Shown: positions 16,776-26,208 of the stretch, piece by piece
Numbering within the stretch: position 1 is the first letter of the stretch
How the letters are laid out: every line of letters begins with the position of its first letter
From: a virus
Length of the DNA: 64,000 nt
Direction: 5' to 3' (one strand)
IMG/VR virus record: IMGVR_UViG_3300028844_006119
Span: 78,187-142,186 of that record
Notes under the pieces: generated by a model
Databases searched by the model: none
Told to the model about the DNA's origin: nothing
The model's input: the letters and a program-made list of their open reading frames with translations, nothing else
Program-made: the position numbers and the translations under genes

Positions 16776-18747
16776 GGTCTTTGGGGCCACCCACGACTCC
16801 GACAGAGCGAACAATGCGGCCATCCCCTACTCTGGTAGGCGGCGGGAATATGTTCTCTACCTCAATGCGAAGTCTAAGGAATCCCCCACCAAGCTGGTTA
16901 CGGCGCTCCTAACTGGGGCAGGTCTCGGAGGACTGGCGGGAGGACTTGCCGGCCTTGGTGGGGGCGCGAAAGGTGCCCTAGTTGGTATCCTTGCTGGGGC
17001 CCTTGGTGGCTCCCTCTTCGGCGCCCTGGCTAAGGCCATCGATGATGGGAACATTCAAGAGGCTAAGCGCATCCTCCGTAAGGGCCACATCGACCAGGGG
17101 CTTGGGGAAGCCATCATGCGAAACCAGCGAGCCAAGGAACAGGTGGCCCGGAGCAGACACTCCGAGACCCAACGCCGTCTCTCTGGAATCGAGAGAGGTA
17201 TGAGTCGAGCCAGCAGCTACCCACACCGTAGTCGTAGGGTCACTGTGAAGGTCGGATCTCTTTGTTCCAAGATCGCAGGTACCTTGAACGAGTCCGACTT
17301 CGAGCGCTTCAATGAGGTGTTTTCCGACGCCAATACTCGACGAATGATTGAGAAGAACGCCTCCGTCATGGAGTGCCTCACCCTCCTGACTGACTCGGAG
17401 ATTCACAGCACCGACAAGATGGCTTCGGCGGCGGCCTCGGCATTCACGATGGGCTACGACGTGGTCCAGGTGAGACCTTCCGGCTACGGCTACACAGTCA
17501 AGGTGTCCGCTGCTCCGCAGGGCGTGGCCCCGCAAGAAACCCAGATGACTCAGCAGCAGGCTCAGCAGGCTCTTCCTCCTGAGATGCTTCAGGCTGCAGA
17601 CCAGCAGGGCGCTGGCACGGTCACCAACGTGCAGGCAGACCCCGATCCGCTCGCGGAGAAGATGGCGCCGGCTACCGGGTTCGGCCTCTACAAGGTCACC
17701 GATGCTACTTCAGGCAAGCAGGTCGTTGGCTATGTCATTCCCGGACTGTTTGATCCGGTCTCGGGACAGCCCTCGCAGGTGAGCCTGTTCACCAACGGCT
17801 CCGCATACTGCGTGCAGCCGGTCATCAGCGGCTCCCTGTTGGGCGTGAACTTCAATCTTCCCATCCCGGAGAGCCCGGAAGTTCGCGGTTTGGGCGTGTT
17901 CGTCAAGAACAACGAGAAGGCCATCATCGCGACCATGCCGTACAACATCATCACTAAGGTGTCGGTTGAAGGTAAGGGCTACTTCGCCGCGCAGGACATG
18001 CAGGGCAACGACATCCGCATCATCCCTTCTGAGGGCATTGCAAAGCCGGTTGCGACCTCTGCCACCGAGATTGTGATTCCCGCAGACTACAAGTTCATGC
18101 CTCTCGAGAACCCCATCCAGCTTGCTGGCGGGGAAGAGCTGATGAAGTCCGCTCAGGCCAACGCGTTCCATACGATGATGGAGCTCCGGGCCTGGAGTGG
18201 AGGATGTCGCCTCGATGGTCCCGTCTTCGAGAAGGTGGGATCGGGTGAGCACGACTGGGCCGACGGTGTCTTCTGGATGGCCGCTGCCGGTGTCCCCCAG
18301 AACGTAGGCTCTGCACTTCTGGAGAAGGCAGCTTCCACAGGAGAGCCTCTCCGTCTGTTTGGTCTTGCGCCGCTTTCTACTCGAGAGGAGTACGTGGTCG
18401 AGGCAGAGAAGGAAGCCATGGCGGAAATGGCAGACATCGAGATTCCCCAGAGAGTCAACCTCCTTAAGGAGATCGCAGCGGTGACCTTCTCCAAGGAAGC
18501 ATCGGCACTTGTGGACACTACGTCTGTGGATGCCGTGCTTGCCCTCAACTTCCTCAACCCCGAGAATGTTGAGACCTTTGTAGAGCACCTGCCGCAGCTT
18601 GAGCACGCTTCCGAGAAGCTTGCCAATATCGTTCTGGCGTCTCAGCTGGGGCTTCAGTCCATCTCTAAGACCGCAGCCGTCCGTGCGATGTTTGCACTTG
18701 AAGATGTCATCTCAGGACTCAAGAGCCTCAAGACGTACTCGGTGTAA
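16759..18747 (+). CDS. Putative head protein: N-terminal Gly-zipper cassette, then a K-x-A-rich globular part
   Basis: AGGAAG RBS before ATG 16759; GAGLGGLAGGLAGLGGG; KVGS, KIAG, KMAS, KSAQ, KAAS, KEAS, KTAA. Confidence 0.75.
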   Translation: MNKNAKVFGATHDSDRANNAAIPYSGRRREYVLYLNAKSKESPTKLVTALLTGAGLGGLAGGLAGLGGGAKGALVGILAGALGGSLFGALAKAIDDGNIQEAKRILRKGHIDQGLGEAIMRNQRAKEQVARSRHSETQRRLSGIERGMSRASSYPHRSRRVTVKVGSLCSKIAGTLNESDFERFNEVFSDANTRRMIEKNASVMECLTLLTDSEIHSTDKMASAAASAFTMGYDVVQVRPSGYGYTVKVSAAPQGVAPQETQMTQQQAQQALPPEMLQAADQQGAGTVTNVQADPDPLAEKMAPATGFGLYKVTDATSGKQVVGYVIPGLFDPVSGQPSQVSLFTNGSAYCVQPVISGSLLGVNFNLPIPESPEVRGLGVFVKNNEKAIIATMPYNIITKVSVEGKGYFAAQDMQGNDIRIIPSEGIAKPVATSATEIVIPADYKFMPLENPIQLAGGEELMKSAQANAFHTMMELRAWSGGCRLDGPVFEKVGSGEHDWADGVFWMAAAGVPQNVGSALLEKAASTGEPLRLFGLAPLSTREEYVVEAEKEAMAEMADIEIPQRVNLLKEIAAVTFSKEASALVDTTSVDAVLALNFLNPENVETFVEHLPQLEHASEKLANIVLASQLGLQSISKTAAVRAMFALEDVISGLKSLKTYSV

Positions 18748-18748
18748 A

Positions 18749-19615
18749 ATGGCACATCCTGCAGAGTTCTTCATTAAGTACCTATTGGTAGCCGACGAGG
18801 GTATCTCGTTGGACTCCATCAATAGTACGTTGGAGCTCCACGGGATCTCATCGATTGAGGGCTCTGACCTAAAGATCATTCGAGAGGATCTTGGGCAGAG
18901 ACCCTCTGACTTTCAGCCGTGGGACAGGTCTCATAGGGCTACAAATAGCTGGCTAAAAAAGAAGCGCATCTTCTCGCTTGTGCATCCTGATGTCAGCACG
19001 TTGGAGATGAAGAAGACTATCCTCTCCAGTGGCCGGACTCGGGAGAAGGTGGACCGACTTCTCTTGGGGAACGTCTCGTACTTGGAGGCTTCCCACAGGG
19101 TCACCAAGCTTGGGATGCGCGTCTCCGATGCTGCGATCTCCGAGTACTGTCACTACTTCTGGAACACCCAGACGATGGGCGTGAGTGATTGGGCGGCGTA
19201 CCTGGAGCGAGATTCTTCGGAGAGAACCTCTGCTGTGCGGAGCGCCTACTCCCTGGCGATGATGGCAGGCCCGGATGCCGCGATGTACCGCATCGGCGTC
19301 AAGAAGCAGCTGGACGGCAAGAAGATCATGATGGAGGTGCAGGCAGAGCTGTACCACACCTTCTTGGAGACCAGAACACTGCCGCTATCCACGAAGAAGG
19401 TGGAGATGCTCTCGGCATTGGCTCGCGGACTTGCTAGAATCGACGAGCGCGTTCAGGCGGGGGACTCTGCACTGCAGGAAACCCTGAAGAAGTTCGAGAA
19501 GTTCAAGGTCCTACATAACGAGGCCAAGCCTCCCAGCCTTCTAGAGCTTGCACCTGCGGGATCTGTTAGCAATAGGTCTCGCGACGAAATCCTTACCTCC
19601 GGGGCACAAAAATGA
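18749..19615 (+). CDS. Hypothetical protein
   Basis: ATG 18749 immediately after upstream TAA; phage-like codon usage. Confidence 0.7.
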   Translation: MAHPAEFFIKYLLVADEGISLDSINSTLELHGISSIEGSDLKIIREDLGQRPSDFQPWDRSHRATNSWLKKKRIFSLVHPDVSTLEMKKTILSSGRTREKVDRLLLGNVSYLEASHRVTKLGMRVSDAAISEYCHYFWNTQTMGVSDWAAYLERDSSERTSAVRSAYSLAMMAGPDAAMYRIGVKKQLDGKKIMMEVQAELYHTFLETRTLPLSTKKVEMLSALARGLARIDERVQAGDSALQETLKKFEKFKVLHNEAKPPSLLELAPAGSVSNRSRDEILTSGAQK

Positions 19616-20559
19616 CCATCAAAGCAAGAACTACTCGGACGGAGAACGATCTCGTTGCCTTCGCCAATGCCAACAACATCCCCCTGTCCACGCTAGACCA
19701 CACGGTCAACAGCTCTGGGATGTTCACGGTGTTCCATTCGGATGCAACGGTGGACCATGGCGCGGTAGTCTACGGCACGGACGGTACTACGGGGGCTGCG
19801 CCTGGCGTCACCAATATCGCCACGGCCATTGCTTCGGGATCGTACACGCAGCCCATCAACGTAGCAAACTCTGGGTCTCTTACCCTTTGGCTCACGGTAG
19901 TGGCGAGTAACAACTCCAAGCTAGATATCTACGTTCGGGAGTCTCGGCTTGGCGAGCCCGACGCGGCCGTAGCTACAAATTGGCATCTCCCTCGGTTCGA
20001 GACGCGAGCAAGCGGATCGGGAACTGTTGTTCTCAAGGAGCACAAGACTGAGCTACAGAGCTCGGACATGAATGTCGCCGGCGGCAAGTACGTGTTCAGC
20101 ATTCCAGTTGACCACGCGAACTGGGTCTCCCTAGTATTCGTCGGAAATGCCGTTCACAGAATCACCGTCATTGCAGAGGTACCGAACTGTACCGAACTGA
20201 TGAGTACGCCTGACTTTATGCAAGATCCCGATCGCTCAAAGCCGGGACATGAGGTTGCCTTCAACGTTCCCCCTCGTATGCTGTACGAGGGCCGAAACTT
20301 CAAGGCAGAGATCGTCACTCGAGGAGATGATCTCATCTACCAGTTCTTTCGTACGCGCCACACGGACTTCCGAAGCCTGGTAGCAGAGATCATCGAAGAC
20401 CACTTCGGGGACTCCTCTAAGTTCTCCGCAGCCACTGTCCCGGAGCTCAAGTCTCTGGGTGTTCGTGCTCGGGGCGTTCTGGACGCTCCATTTTTCAATC
20501 TAGACCACTACACGTCCTCCTTTTTGGGCCTGGTCGATGCTTGCCTCGACGAAGGCTAA
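19612..20559 (+). CDS. Hypothetical protein; apparent fusion of a beta-rich structural protein and a separate ~119-aa protein starting at 20200
   Basis: 10-bp tandem duplication at 20179..20198 removes a TGATG stop/start junction. Confidence 0.65.
   Translation: MTIKARTTRTENDLVAFANANNIPLSTLDHTVNSSGMFTVFHSDATVDHGAVVYGTDGTTGAAPGVTNIATAIASGSYTQPINVANSGSLTLWLTVVASNNSKLDIYVRESRLGEPDAAVATNWHLPRFETRASGSGTVVLKEHKTELQSSDMNVAGGKYVFSIPVDHANWVSLVFVGNAVHRITVIAEVPNCTELMSTPDFMQDPDRSKPGHEVAFNVPPRMLYEGRNFKAEIVTRGDDLIYQFFRTRHTDFRSLVAEIIEDHFGDSSKFSAATVPELKSLGVRARGVLDAPFFNLDHYTSSFLGLVDACLDEG
20179..20198 (+). repeat. Perfect 10-bp tandem duplication (GTACCGAACT x2)
   Basis: gtaccgaact gtaccgaact g atg. Confidence 0.9.
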
Positions 20560-20575
20560 GATGGAGAGACTTAAG

Positions 20576-20992
20576 ATGGATCCAGTTACTGCAATTGTTA
20601 TTGCCATCCTTGTTGGGGTTGGTGCGGGCATTGGTACTGGCGTGGGCATTAGCGGTGCCGCGCATTCAAAGGCTACTGCCAAGGCGATTGAAGCGCAGGC
20701 AGACAACATCGAGGCGCTGCAGTCGGGCCAGGCAGTCATTCTAGAGAATGCCACCAAGCCGATTGTGATTGATGCGGAGATCCGCAGCACGCTGGCAGAT
20801 GTCCCAGTCCAGTGCCGCACAGAAGTTGGCGGAGACCCTACGACGGTAGAGTGTCAGTGGGCTACCTGCATTCAGTACGGGCAAAGCAGCGCGAACCGAC
20901 CGGAGTGCCGGGAAGTCGAAAAGCTGATGATCGCAAAGCTGCAGGAAGTGGCCTGCCCTGAGCCCGCTATTGGCGACGACGAGGGCGAGTAG
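20576..20992 (+). CDS. Membrane-anchored coiled-coil protein with Cys-rich C-terminus (spanin-like architecture, uncertain)
   Basis: GGAGAG RBS; N-terminal TM (VTAIVIAILVGVGAGIG), coiled coil, 5 Cys. Confidence 0.55.
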   Translation: MDPVTAIVIAILVGVGAGIGTGVGISGAAHSKATAKAIEAQADNIEALQSGQAVILENATKPIVIDAEIRSTLADVPVQCRTEVGGDPTTVECQWATCIQYGQSSANRPECREVEKLMIAKLQEVACPEPAIGDDEGE

Positions 20993-21302
20993 CGTCCTTC
21001 TTGAAGGGCGTGTTGTCCTGCACTGGACCGAGTCCTTTGATCAAAATCAGCGCCTTAAAGTCCCACTTACTCCAGTGGGACTTTTTGTATACGGCGTCAT
21101 TGGCCTCGCACCACTCCTTCAATAGGGACCTAAAAAAAGCGACCTCCTCTTTGCGCACTCTCCGGTGAAGCCGCAAGTGGAACACCCAACGAAGGGGGTC
21201 CACTTGCGGCTTCAAGTCCCAGGCGTAGAGATCACCGAGCAGGGCTCGCTGAAAGCTCTCCACCGCTCTGGGTACCCATTTGAGGGAGAGGGGTGTACTC
21301 AC
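20967..21302 (-). CDS. Hypothetical protein
   Basis: GGAGG upstream; downstream of 21232..21795. Confidence 0.6.
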   Translation of the reverse strand: MSTPLSLKWVPRAVESFQRALLGDLYAWDLKPQVDPLRWVFHLRLHRRVRKEEVAFFRSLLKEWCEANDAVYKKSHWSKWDFKALILIKGLGPVQDNTPFKKDATRPRRRQ

Positions 21303-21795
21303 CGAGTCCCTCCTTTAGGGTGTGTTTCTTCTTCCTAGCATCCCACTCTACCTCGATCATGAGACCGAGTGGGTATTCCGAGACGAGGTCTCGGAAGGTG
21401 GAATTCCACACACTCCTCACTTGCTCTTTGTTGTAGAGCCGCATCTTAGCCTCCACAGCGAGGACCGCGATGTTTCGCGGCCCCTGTGGAGTCTTGATCT
21501 CGCAGTGGAGCCAACACTGCATTCCGAACCATTTATGGAACGTGATCGTGTGGCCCCTTACGGGAAGGATCCCCTCGTCCTGGCAGCGCCAGGAGTAGAA
21601 GCGCTTACAGCGCCTCTTGATCTCCTCGGCGGACTCGTCGTATGTCTTTCCTACATCCGAGGCCAAATCCTCCTCGTCCAGAATGGAAAAGGTATGGACC
21701 CGGAGAAGAGGATCCTGGAGATGGACGAGAGTAAACTCTCGGCCTCTCATCATCCTCTTCTCTACTCCGCACAGCAAAAATTCTGATTCTGACAT
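21232..21795 (-). CDS. Hypothetical protein
   Basis: AGGAGG RBS; preceded by GGCATAA motif. Confidence 0.7.
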   Translation of the reverse strand: MSESEFLLCGVEKRMMRGREFTLVHLQDPLLRVHTFSILDEEDLASDVGKTYDESAEEIKRRCKRFYSWRCQDEGILPVRGHTITFHKWFGMQCWLHCEIKTPQGPRNIAVLAVEAKMRLYNKEQVRSVWNSTFRDLVSEYPLGLMIEVEWDARKKKHTLKEGLGEYTPLPQMGTQSGGELSASPAR

Positions 21796-21824
21796 TAGTG
21801 CCTCCTTTTTTGTTAGCAGAGGAC

Positions 21825-21852
21825 TTATGCCTTACAATGGTCCAAACTTTAG
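21825..21852 (-). promoter_or_regulatory. Phage promoter-like motif (ctaaag-N15-GGCATAA), divergent from terminase
   Basis: 30 nt upstream of ATG 21795. Confidence 0.6.
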
Positions 21853-21860
21853 GAGGCCAG

Positions 21861-23585
21861 ATGGATAACTCTGAGCCCTGGGATTATGCTCCTCCCTCAG
21901 TCGACCCGGACTTGGAGCAGGCATACGAAGAGGAAACCGCGGACATCCGCCTCCCCGTGTTGCCGTCCCAGTTCATTGAGACTTCCGTCTTGATGCCAGA
22001 TCCGCACACGCGGAGCCTCACCAACTTTTCCTTTGGCGAGAGAAAGTATCTTCGGGAGATCTACGACATCCGGGCTCCGAGAGTCCTTCTTATGTGCGGC
22101 AGGCAGGTTGAGAAAAGTACTACGCTGGGCAACAAGGCCCTTGCCTACTCGTGCCTCATTCCGCACTTCAAGATTCTCTATGTCTCTCCGTCTAGTACGC
22201 AGACCAAGGAGTTCTCCAAGACGAGACTGAAGGAGCCCCTCGAGACGTGCCCGGACCTGAAGACCTGGTTCCCGTCTCATTTGACGGACAACGTCTTCGA
22301 GAAGAAGGCCATCAACCGGAGTCAGATCACTCTCCGGTATGCGTTCCTGAACGCCGATAGATGCCGTGGCCTCTCGGCAGACCTCATCTGCATGGACGAG
22401 TTTCAGGATCTGCTCCTGGACAACATTCCGGTCATCGAAGAGGCCGCCTCGCACAGCCCCTTCAAGTGGTTCATCTACAGTGGGACGCCTAAGTCCCTGG
22501 ACAACCCCATCCAGCACTACTGGGATACCTACTCCACGCAGAACGAGTGGGTGGTTCCGTGTGATAGGCACGGCACCCCAAACAACCCAGGGTCGTGGCA
22601 CTGGAACATCCTTGGGGAAAAGAACATCGGCATCAATGGGCTGATCTGCGACAAGTGCGGAAACCTCATCAAGCCCGACCACCCCATGTCTCAATGGGTG
22701 AAAACCGGAAATCCCAACCCCAAGTACGACACGTTTGAGGGGTACCGCATCCCCCAGCTGATGGTGCCCTGGATTGAGTGGTCGAACATCCTCACCAAGT
22801 ACAACCAGTACCCCAGAGGTAAGTTCTACAATGAGGTTTTAGGCGCAAGCTTCGACTCTGGGCAGCGCCCACTGACTCGTCAGGATGTCTACGACAACTG
22901 CGACCCAGAGATGAGCATGTCTGTGGAGGGCGTTCAGAAGAACAAGACCGGAGCCACGCAGCTCTACGCCGGGATCGACTGGGGACAGGACAGCACAAAC
23001 TCCTACACCATCGTCACCATCGGCGGATACATCGGCGGCAAGTTCAAGATTATCTTCGCGCACAGGTTCAGCGGCGCGGAATCTGAGCCCAAAGTCCAGA
23101 TCGAGAAGATCAAGAAGCTCCTGGTCAGCTTCAATGTCGTTCGGGTAGGAGTTGACTATGGTGGAGGTTATTGGCCGAATGACGAGCTGCTGAGAAGCTT
23201 TGGCTCTCAGAGGATTGTCAGGTACCAGTACTCCACCCCAAAGACGATGATGAAGTACGACTCGAACAAGGGCCGGTTCTTGATCCACCGGTCTGAAGTG
23301 ATGAGTGCTGTGTTCAATGCGATCAAGCGTCGGTCGGTCTTTCGGTTCCCCAAGTGGCCTGAGTGGGGAACTCCTTTCGGGTCCGACATGCTGGCCATCT
23401 TCAGCGAGTACAATGAGCGAAGTCGGAACACCGAGTACAAGAAGTCCCCTAATACGACGGATGATACGTTTCACGCGCTGGTGCTGTGCTTCTTGGCGTC
23501 GATGATAGACAACCCTCGACCCGACATCCTGGTTCCAAACCAGGCTATTGACCGCAGGCTAAACGATCTCGAAGATTACAGCTAA
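21861..23585 (+). CDS. terL: Terminase large subunit
   Basis: AGGAGG RBS; Walker A-like CGRQVEKST, Walker B ICMDEFQD, coupling motif YSGTP, nuclease YAGIDWG and DDTFHA. Confidence 0.9.
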   Translation: MDNSEPWDYAPPSVDPDLEQAYEEETADIRLPVLPSQFIETSVLMPDPHTRSLTNFSFGERKYLREIYDIRAPRVLLMCGRQVEKSTTLGNKALAYSCLIPHFKILYVSPSSTQTKEFSKTRLKEPLETCPDLKTWFPSHLTDNVFEKKAINRSQITLRYAFLNADRCRGLSADLICMDEFQDLLLDNIPVIEEAASHSPFKWFIYSGTPKSLDNPIQHYWDTYSTQNEWVVPCDRHGTPNNPGSWHWNILGEKNIGINGLICDKCGNLIKPDHPMSQWVKTGNPNPKYDTFEGYRIPQLMVPWIEWSNILTKYNQYPRGKFYNEVLGASFDSGQRPLTRQDVYDNCDPEMSMSVEGVQKNKTGATQLYAGIDWGQDSTNSYTIVTIGGYIGGKFKIIFAHRFSGAESEPKVQIEKIKKLLVSFNVVRVGVDYGGGYWPNDELLRSFGSQRIVRYQYSTPKTMMKYDSNKGRFLIHRSEVMSAVFNAIKRRSVFRFPKWPEWGTPFGSDMLAIFSEYNERSRNTEYKKSPNTTDDTFHALVLCFLASMIDNPRPDILVPNQAIDRRLNDLEDYS

Positions 23586-23604
23586 AGTGTGCCGGTAGGG
23601 CACA

Positions 23605-23635
23605 GCCCGGCCCCCGAAGGGGCCGGGCCTATTTT
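23605..23635. terminator. Intrinsic terminator between convergent genes
   Basis: gcccggcccc-cgaa-ggggccgggc followed by ctatttt. Confidence 0.75.
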
Positions 23636-23647
23636 CTGCTGGCCAGC

Positions 23648-24025
23648 TTAGATGGCCCCGACGACCTCGCGGGCGCCGGGAGCCTTGTTCTCGGCATCTT
23701 TGACCTCCGCGAGGAGACGGCGGATCTCCTTCTTGGTCTTGTCGTTGATGCGGCCGGCCTTGAGCTCGCGCTCGACACTTGCCGCGATCAACTGGGACGA
23801 GACCCCCTCGTCAACGAGCAGCTTGCGGGCTGTCATGGACAGCCCCAGTCCAGCGAAGGCACCCGCAAAGGGCGCCCACCAGTTGTTTGCGATCATCTCG
23901 ACCCCGGCGTACTTGCCGACGGCGAAGGTCCCAGCGCCCGCGGCTCCGGCGTGAACGGCGTGCGTGCCGTTCTTGCCCAATCCGAGAGAACCTTCCATGA
24001 AGTTGTAGTAACCGTATGCACTCAT
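23648..24025 (-). CDS. Small membrane protein
   Basis: GGAG RBS; hydrophobic WWAPFAGAFAGLGLSM; own promoter motif; strong codon bias. Confidence 0.7.
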   Translation of the reverse strand: MSAYGYYNFMEGSLGLGKNGTHAVHAGAAGAGTFAVGKYAGVEMIANNWWAPFAGAFAGLGLSMTARKLLVDEGVSSQLIAASVERELKAGRINDKTKKEIRRLLAEVKDAENKAPGAREVVGAI

Positions 24026-24069
24026 GATATCTCTCCATGCAGAGGAGTTAGATCCCCTCTGCTCAATGT

Positions 24070-24097
24070 TTATGACCCATTTTTTGGGCCTTTTTAG
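24070..24097 (-). promoter_or_regulatory. Phage promoter-like motif (ctaaaa-N15-GTCATAA)
   Basis: 45 nt upstream of ATG 24025. Confidence 0.6.
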
Positions 24098-24098
24098 A

Positions 24099-24563
24099 CT
24101 AAGCCAGGTACCGCTTGTACTTGACTCTTAGCTTCTGGATCAGAGCCTCGTGCTCCTGCACGAGCGCCTCTTGAACCCCCATCCAGGGAGCGACTACGTC
24201 GCGCAGCCTGGTGACTCGTTCATTGACCGACGCCACAGATAGGGGAGCATTCTCCCCGACGTTCCCCGCCCGGTAGGTCTCGACCAAGCCGTCGACCCGT
24301 CCCTCTAGCGCCGCAACCTGCTTGCGGAGCTTCGTGTTCTCGCCCTTGAGGGCGGCGACCTGCTTCGCCGTGGGAGGCGTGAGGTTCTTGATCGCCTCCT
24401 TCTCTTCTTCGAGAGCCTGCGAGAAGCTCTCACCCGCCTCCTCCATCCTCTTGTCAAGCCGAGCCATGAGCTCGGCCTCAAGGGCCGGCAGGCCCTTCTT
24501 CAATTCTGCAGTCAGAATTGACAGGGACTCTCGCCCCTCCCTGGTGATCGCTTGCACGGCCAT
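24099..24563 (-). CDS. Coiled-coil hypothetical protein
   Basis: AGGAG RBS; heptad-like LKGENTKLRKQVAALEGRV. Confidence 0.7.
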   Translation of the reverse strand: MAVQAITREGRESLSILTAELKKGLPALEAELMARLDKRMEEAGESFSQALEEEKEAIKNLTPPTAKQVAALKGENTKLRKQVAALEGRVDGLVETYRAGNVGENAPLSVASVNERVTRLRDVVAPWMGVQEALVQEHEALIQKLRVKYKRYLA

Positions 24564-24600
24564 GTGTTCTCCTTCGCTAAGGTAGTCCTCAACGAAAGTC

Positions 24601-24627
24601 TTATGCCGTGTTTTCTCCCCTTTTTAA
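24601..24627 (-). promoter_or_regulatory. Phage promoter-like motif (ttaaaa-N14-GGCATAA)
   Basis: 38 nt upstream of ATG 24563; TAA of the motif is the upstream gene's stop codon. Confidence 0.55.
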
Positions 24628-25308
24628 GATCTTACGGAATAGGGCATCTGAGGTCGTAGAGGTCCCTACGTGCTGCCCCTCCAACTCCGGGGCGACGGCC
24701 CCCGCAAGCTCTCCGTAGATAAACGCGCTGATCCGCAACTTTCTTCGGGAGGATGCCAATATTTTGTGGAGCCCCTGCAGCTCCAGGGAAGCCGCATACT
24801 CTGGCCGAGTAACGACAAACCCCATCATCATGGTGCAGAGCCGCAAGAATGTTCTCCAGGGGTGGATATCGGAGGTCTGCCCTGCCATCACTACGAAGTC
24901 ATCCTCGGAGAGCCTGTCGAAGATCTCTACCCACGGAGCGATCTCCGTCGTCTCCCAGGCTCCTCTCTTCGTGTGGGCCACCGCAAACGTATACAGCTCT
25001 GAAGAGTAGGAGGGGCTCAGCCCCAGTGCCGCATCCTTCGCGTCTAAGATTCTAAGGACGACCTCCATGTGCGACTCCAGCCGGCGCACCTTAGAGCGCA
25101 GGCGAATCAGCTCCTGCCTGGAGACGACAGGGGACGCGGAGTCCATGTCTTCTTTCAGGTCCTGGACCTCCTCCGGGCGAAGGTATACGCTCCGGCCCTT
25201 CTTCTCCTTGGACAGCAAGCCTTTTTTGATATAGTTTCTGACGGTCCTGTCGGTTACTGAGAGGAACCTAGCTGCGTCCTGTAGCGTCATCATGTTATCG
25301 TGACTCAT
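24601..25308 (-). CDS. Helix-turn-helix (MerR/excisionase-like) DNA-binding protein
   Basis: MTLQDAARFLSVTDRTVRNYIKKGLL followed by coiled coil. Confidence 0.8.
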   Translation of the reverse strand: MSHDNMMTLQDAARFLSVTDRTVRNYIKKGLLSKEKKGRSVYLRPEEVQDLKEDMDSASPVVSRQELIRLRSKVRRLESHMEVVLRILDAKDAALGLSPSYSSELYTFAVAHTKRGAWETTEIAPWVEIFDRLSEDDFVVMAGQTSDIHPWRTFLRLCTMMMGFVVTRPEYAASLELQGLHKILASSRRKLRISAFIYGELAGAVAPELEGQHVGTSTTSDALFRKILKRGENTA

Positions 25309-25326
25309 CCCTACTCCGGGCGGTTC

Positions 25327-26208
25327 ATGTTTGGTTTAAGCATCACTAAAGACGATCTGAGAGAGCTGGCCTCCTGTGCCGCTACAGATTTTCTTGAGAC
25401 TAAGACCCCGCTCACCGAAGCGGTAGTCAAGGTCGCAAGTGGCTGCGAGAGGGATCTTACCTCAGAACACGTTCGCCGCATCTGTGAGATGACCTATCAC
25501 GACGCGTATGAGAGACTGCACAAGTCTGCCTCGGCTGCCGACAGGTACATTACTTTCGACCCGCCGGACGCGCCTACAGCAATTGGCATGCTTCGGGCTA
25601 AGAAGGTAGAATCCATGCACAAGGCGGCCAGCTTTGCAGGAGCCGGAACCATGATCGATAAGACCGCAAGCGCCCCACACCGGACCAAGTTTCAGGCTGC
25701 GAATGCCTTTGACGCTCTGATGAAGACCGCCTCTGTCGAGGAAGAGGGTGTCGACCATCGATACTTGCACCGTATCCGTCAGGATCTCAAGGAGGCAGTG
25801 GCCTCGGTAAGCTCTGAGCACGCTGGCGTTGTGGTTGCGGCCGACCTGGAGATGGGCTCCCTGATCAAGGAGGCGTACTCCTCCTACCGAGATGGGTACT
25901 CCGTGGAGGAGATCCTGCACGCGTGCTTCTCCGGGGCGGACCTGTCCGAGATCCCTAGATCTGCCTCCGTCAAGGTGGCCTCCATCCTCTCTGCTGAGCT
26001 GGCAAGAAAGGCCGTGAAGACCGCAGGTCTCGGAATCAACAAGACTGCCTCTCTCGGGGAAGTCGATCCTACACACCCGCTGCCCTCCCGCTTTACGAAG
26101 GCGGCGCAGCTAGAGACTGAGCGGGCACATCTGGAGCTTACTCTGTCGGACCTCAAGCGGGACCGGGACGGTTTCCGTAAAAAGGTCGAGTCTCTGTATG
26201 ACCGATAG
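25327..26208 (+). CDS. Head-module protein, very rich in K-x-A-S sites
   Basis: KVAS, KSAS, KAAS, KTAS x3, KEAY, KVAS, KTAG, KAAQ; start codon uncertain. Confidence 0.7.
   Translation: MFGLSITKDDLRELASCAATDFLETKTPLTEAVVKVASGCERDLTSEHVRRICEMTYHDAYERLHKSASAADRYITFDPPDAPTAIGMLRAKKVESMHKAASFAGAGTMIDKTASAPHRTKFQAANAFDALMKTASVEEEGVDHRYLHRIRQDLKEAVASVSSEHAGVVVAADLEMGSLIKEAYSSYRDGYSVEEILHACFSGADLSEIPRSASVKVASILSAELARKAVKTAGLGINKTASLGEVDPTHPLPSRFTKAAQLETERAHLELTLSDLKRDRDGFRKKVESLYDR

Noticed and set aside
6420-23585. Inteins or introns in RNAP or terminase
   Set aside because: Motifs are collinear without large insertions; no C/S...HN-C splice pattern or homing nuclease seen
23648-24025. Holin/lysis cassette
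   Set aside because: Hydrophobic, but no endolysin nearby and it sits under the non-structural promoter motif
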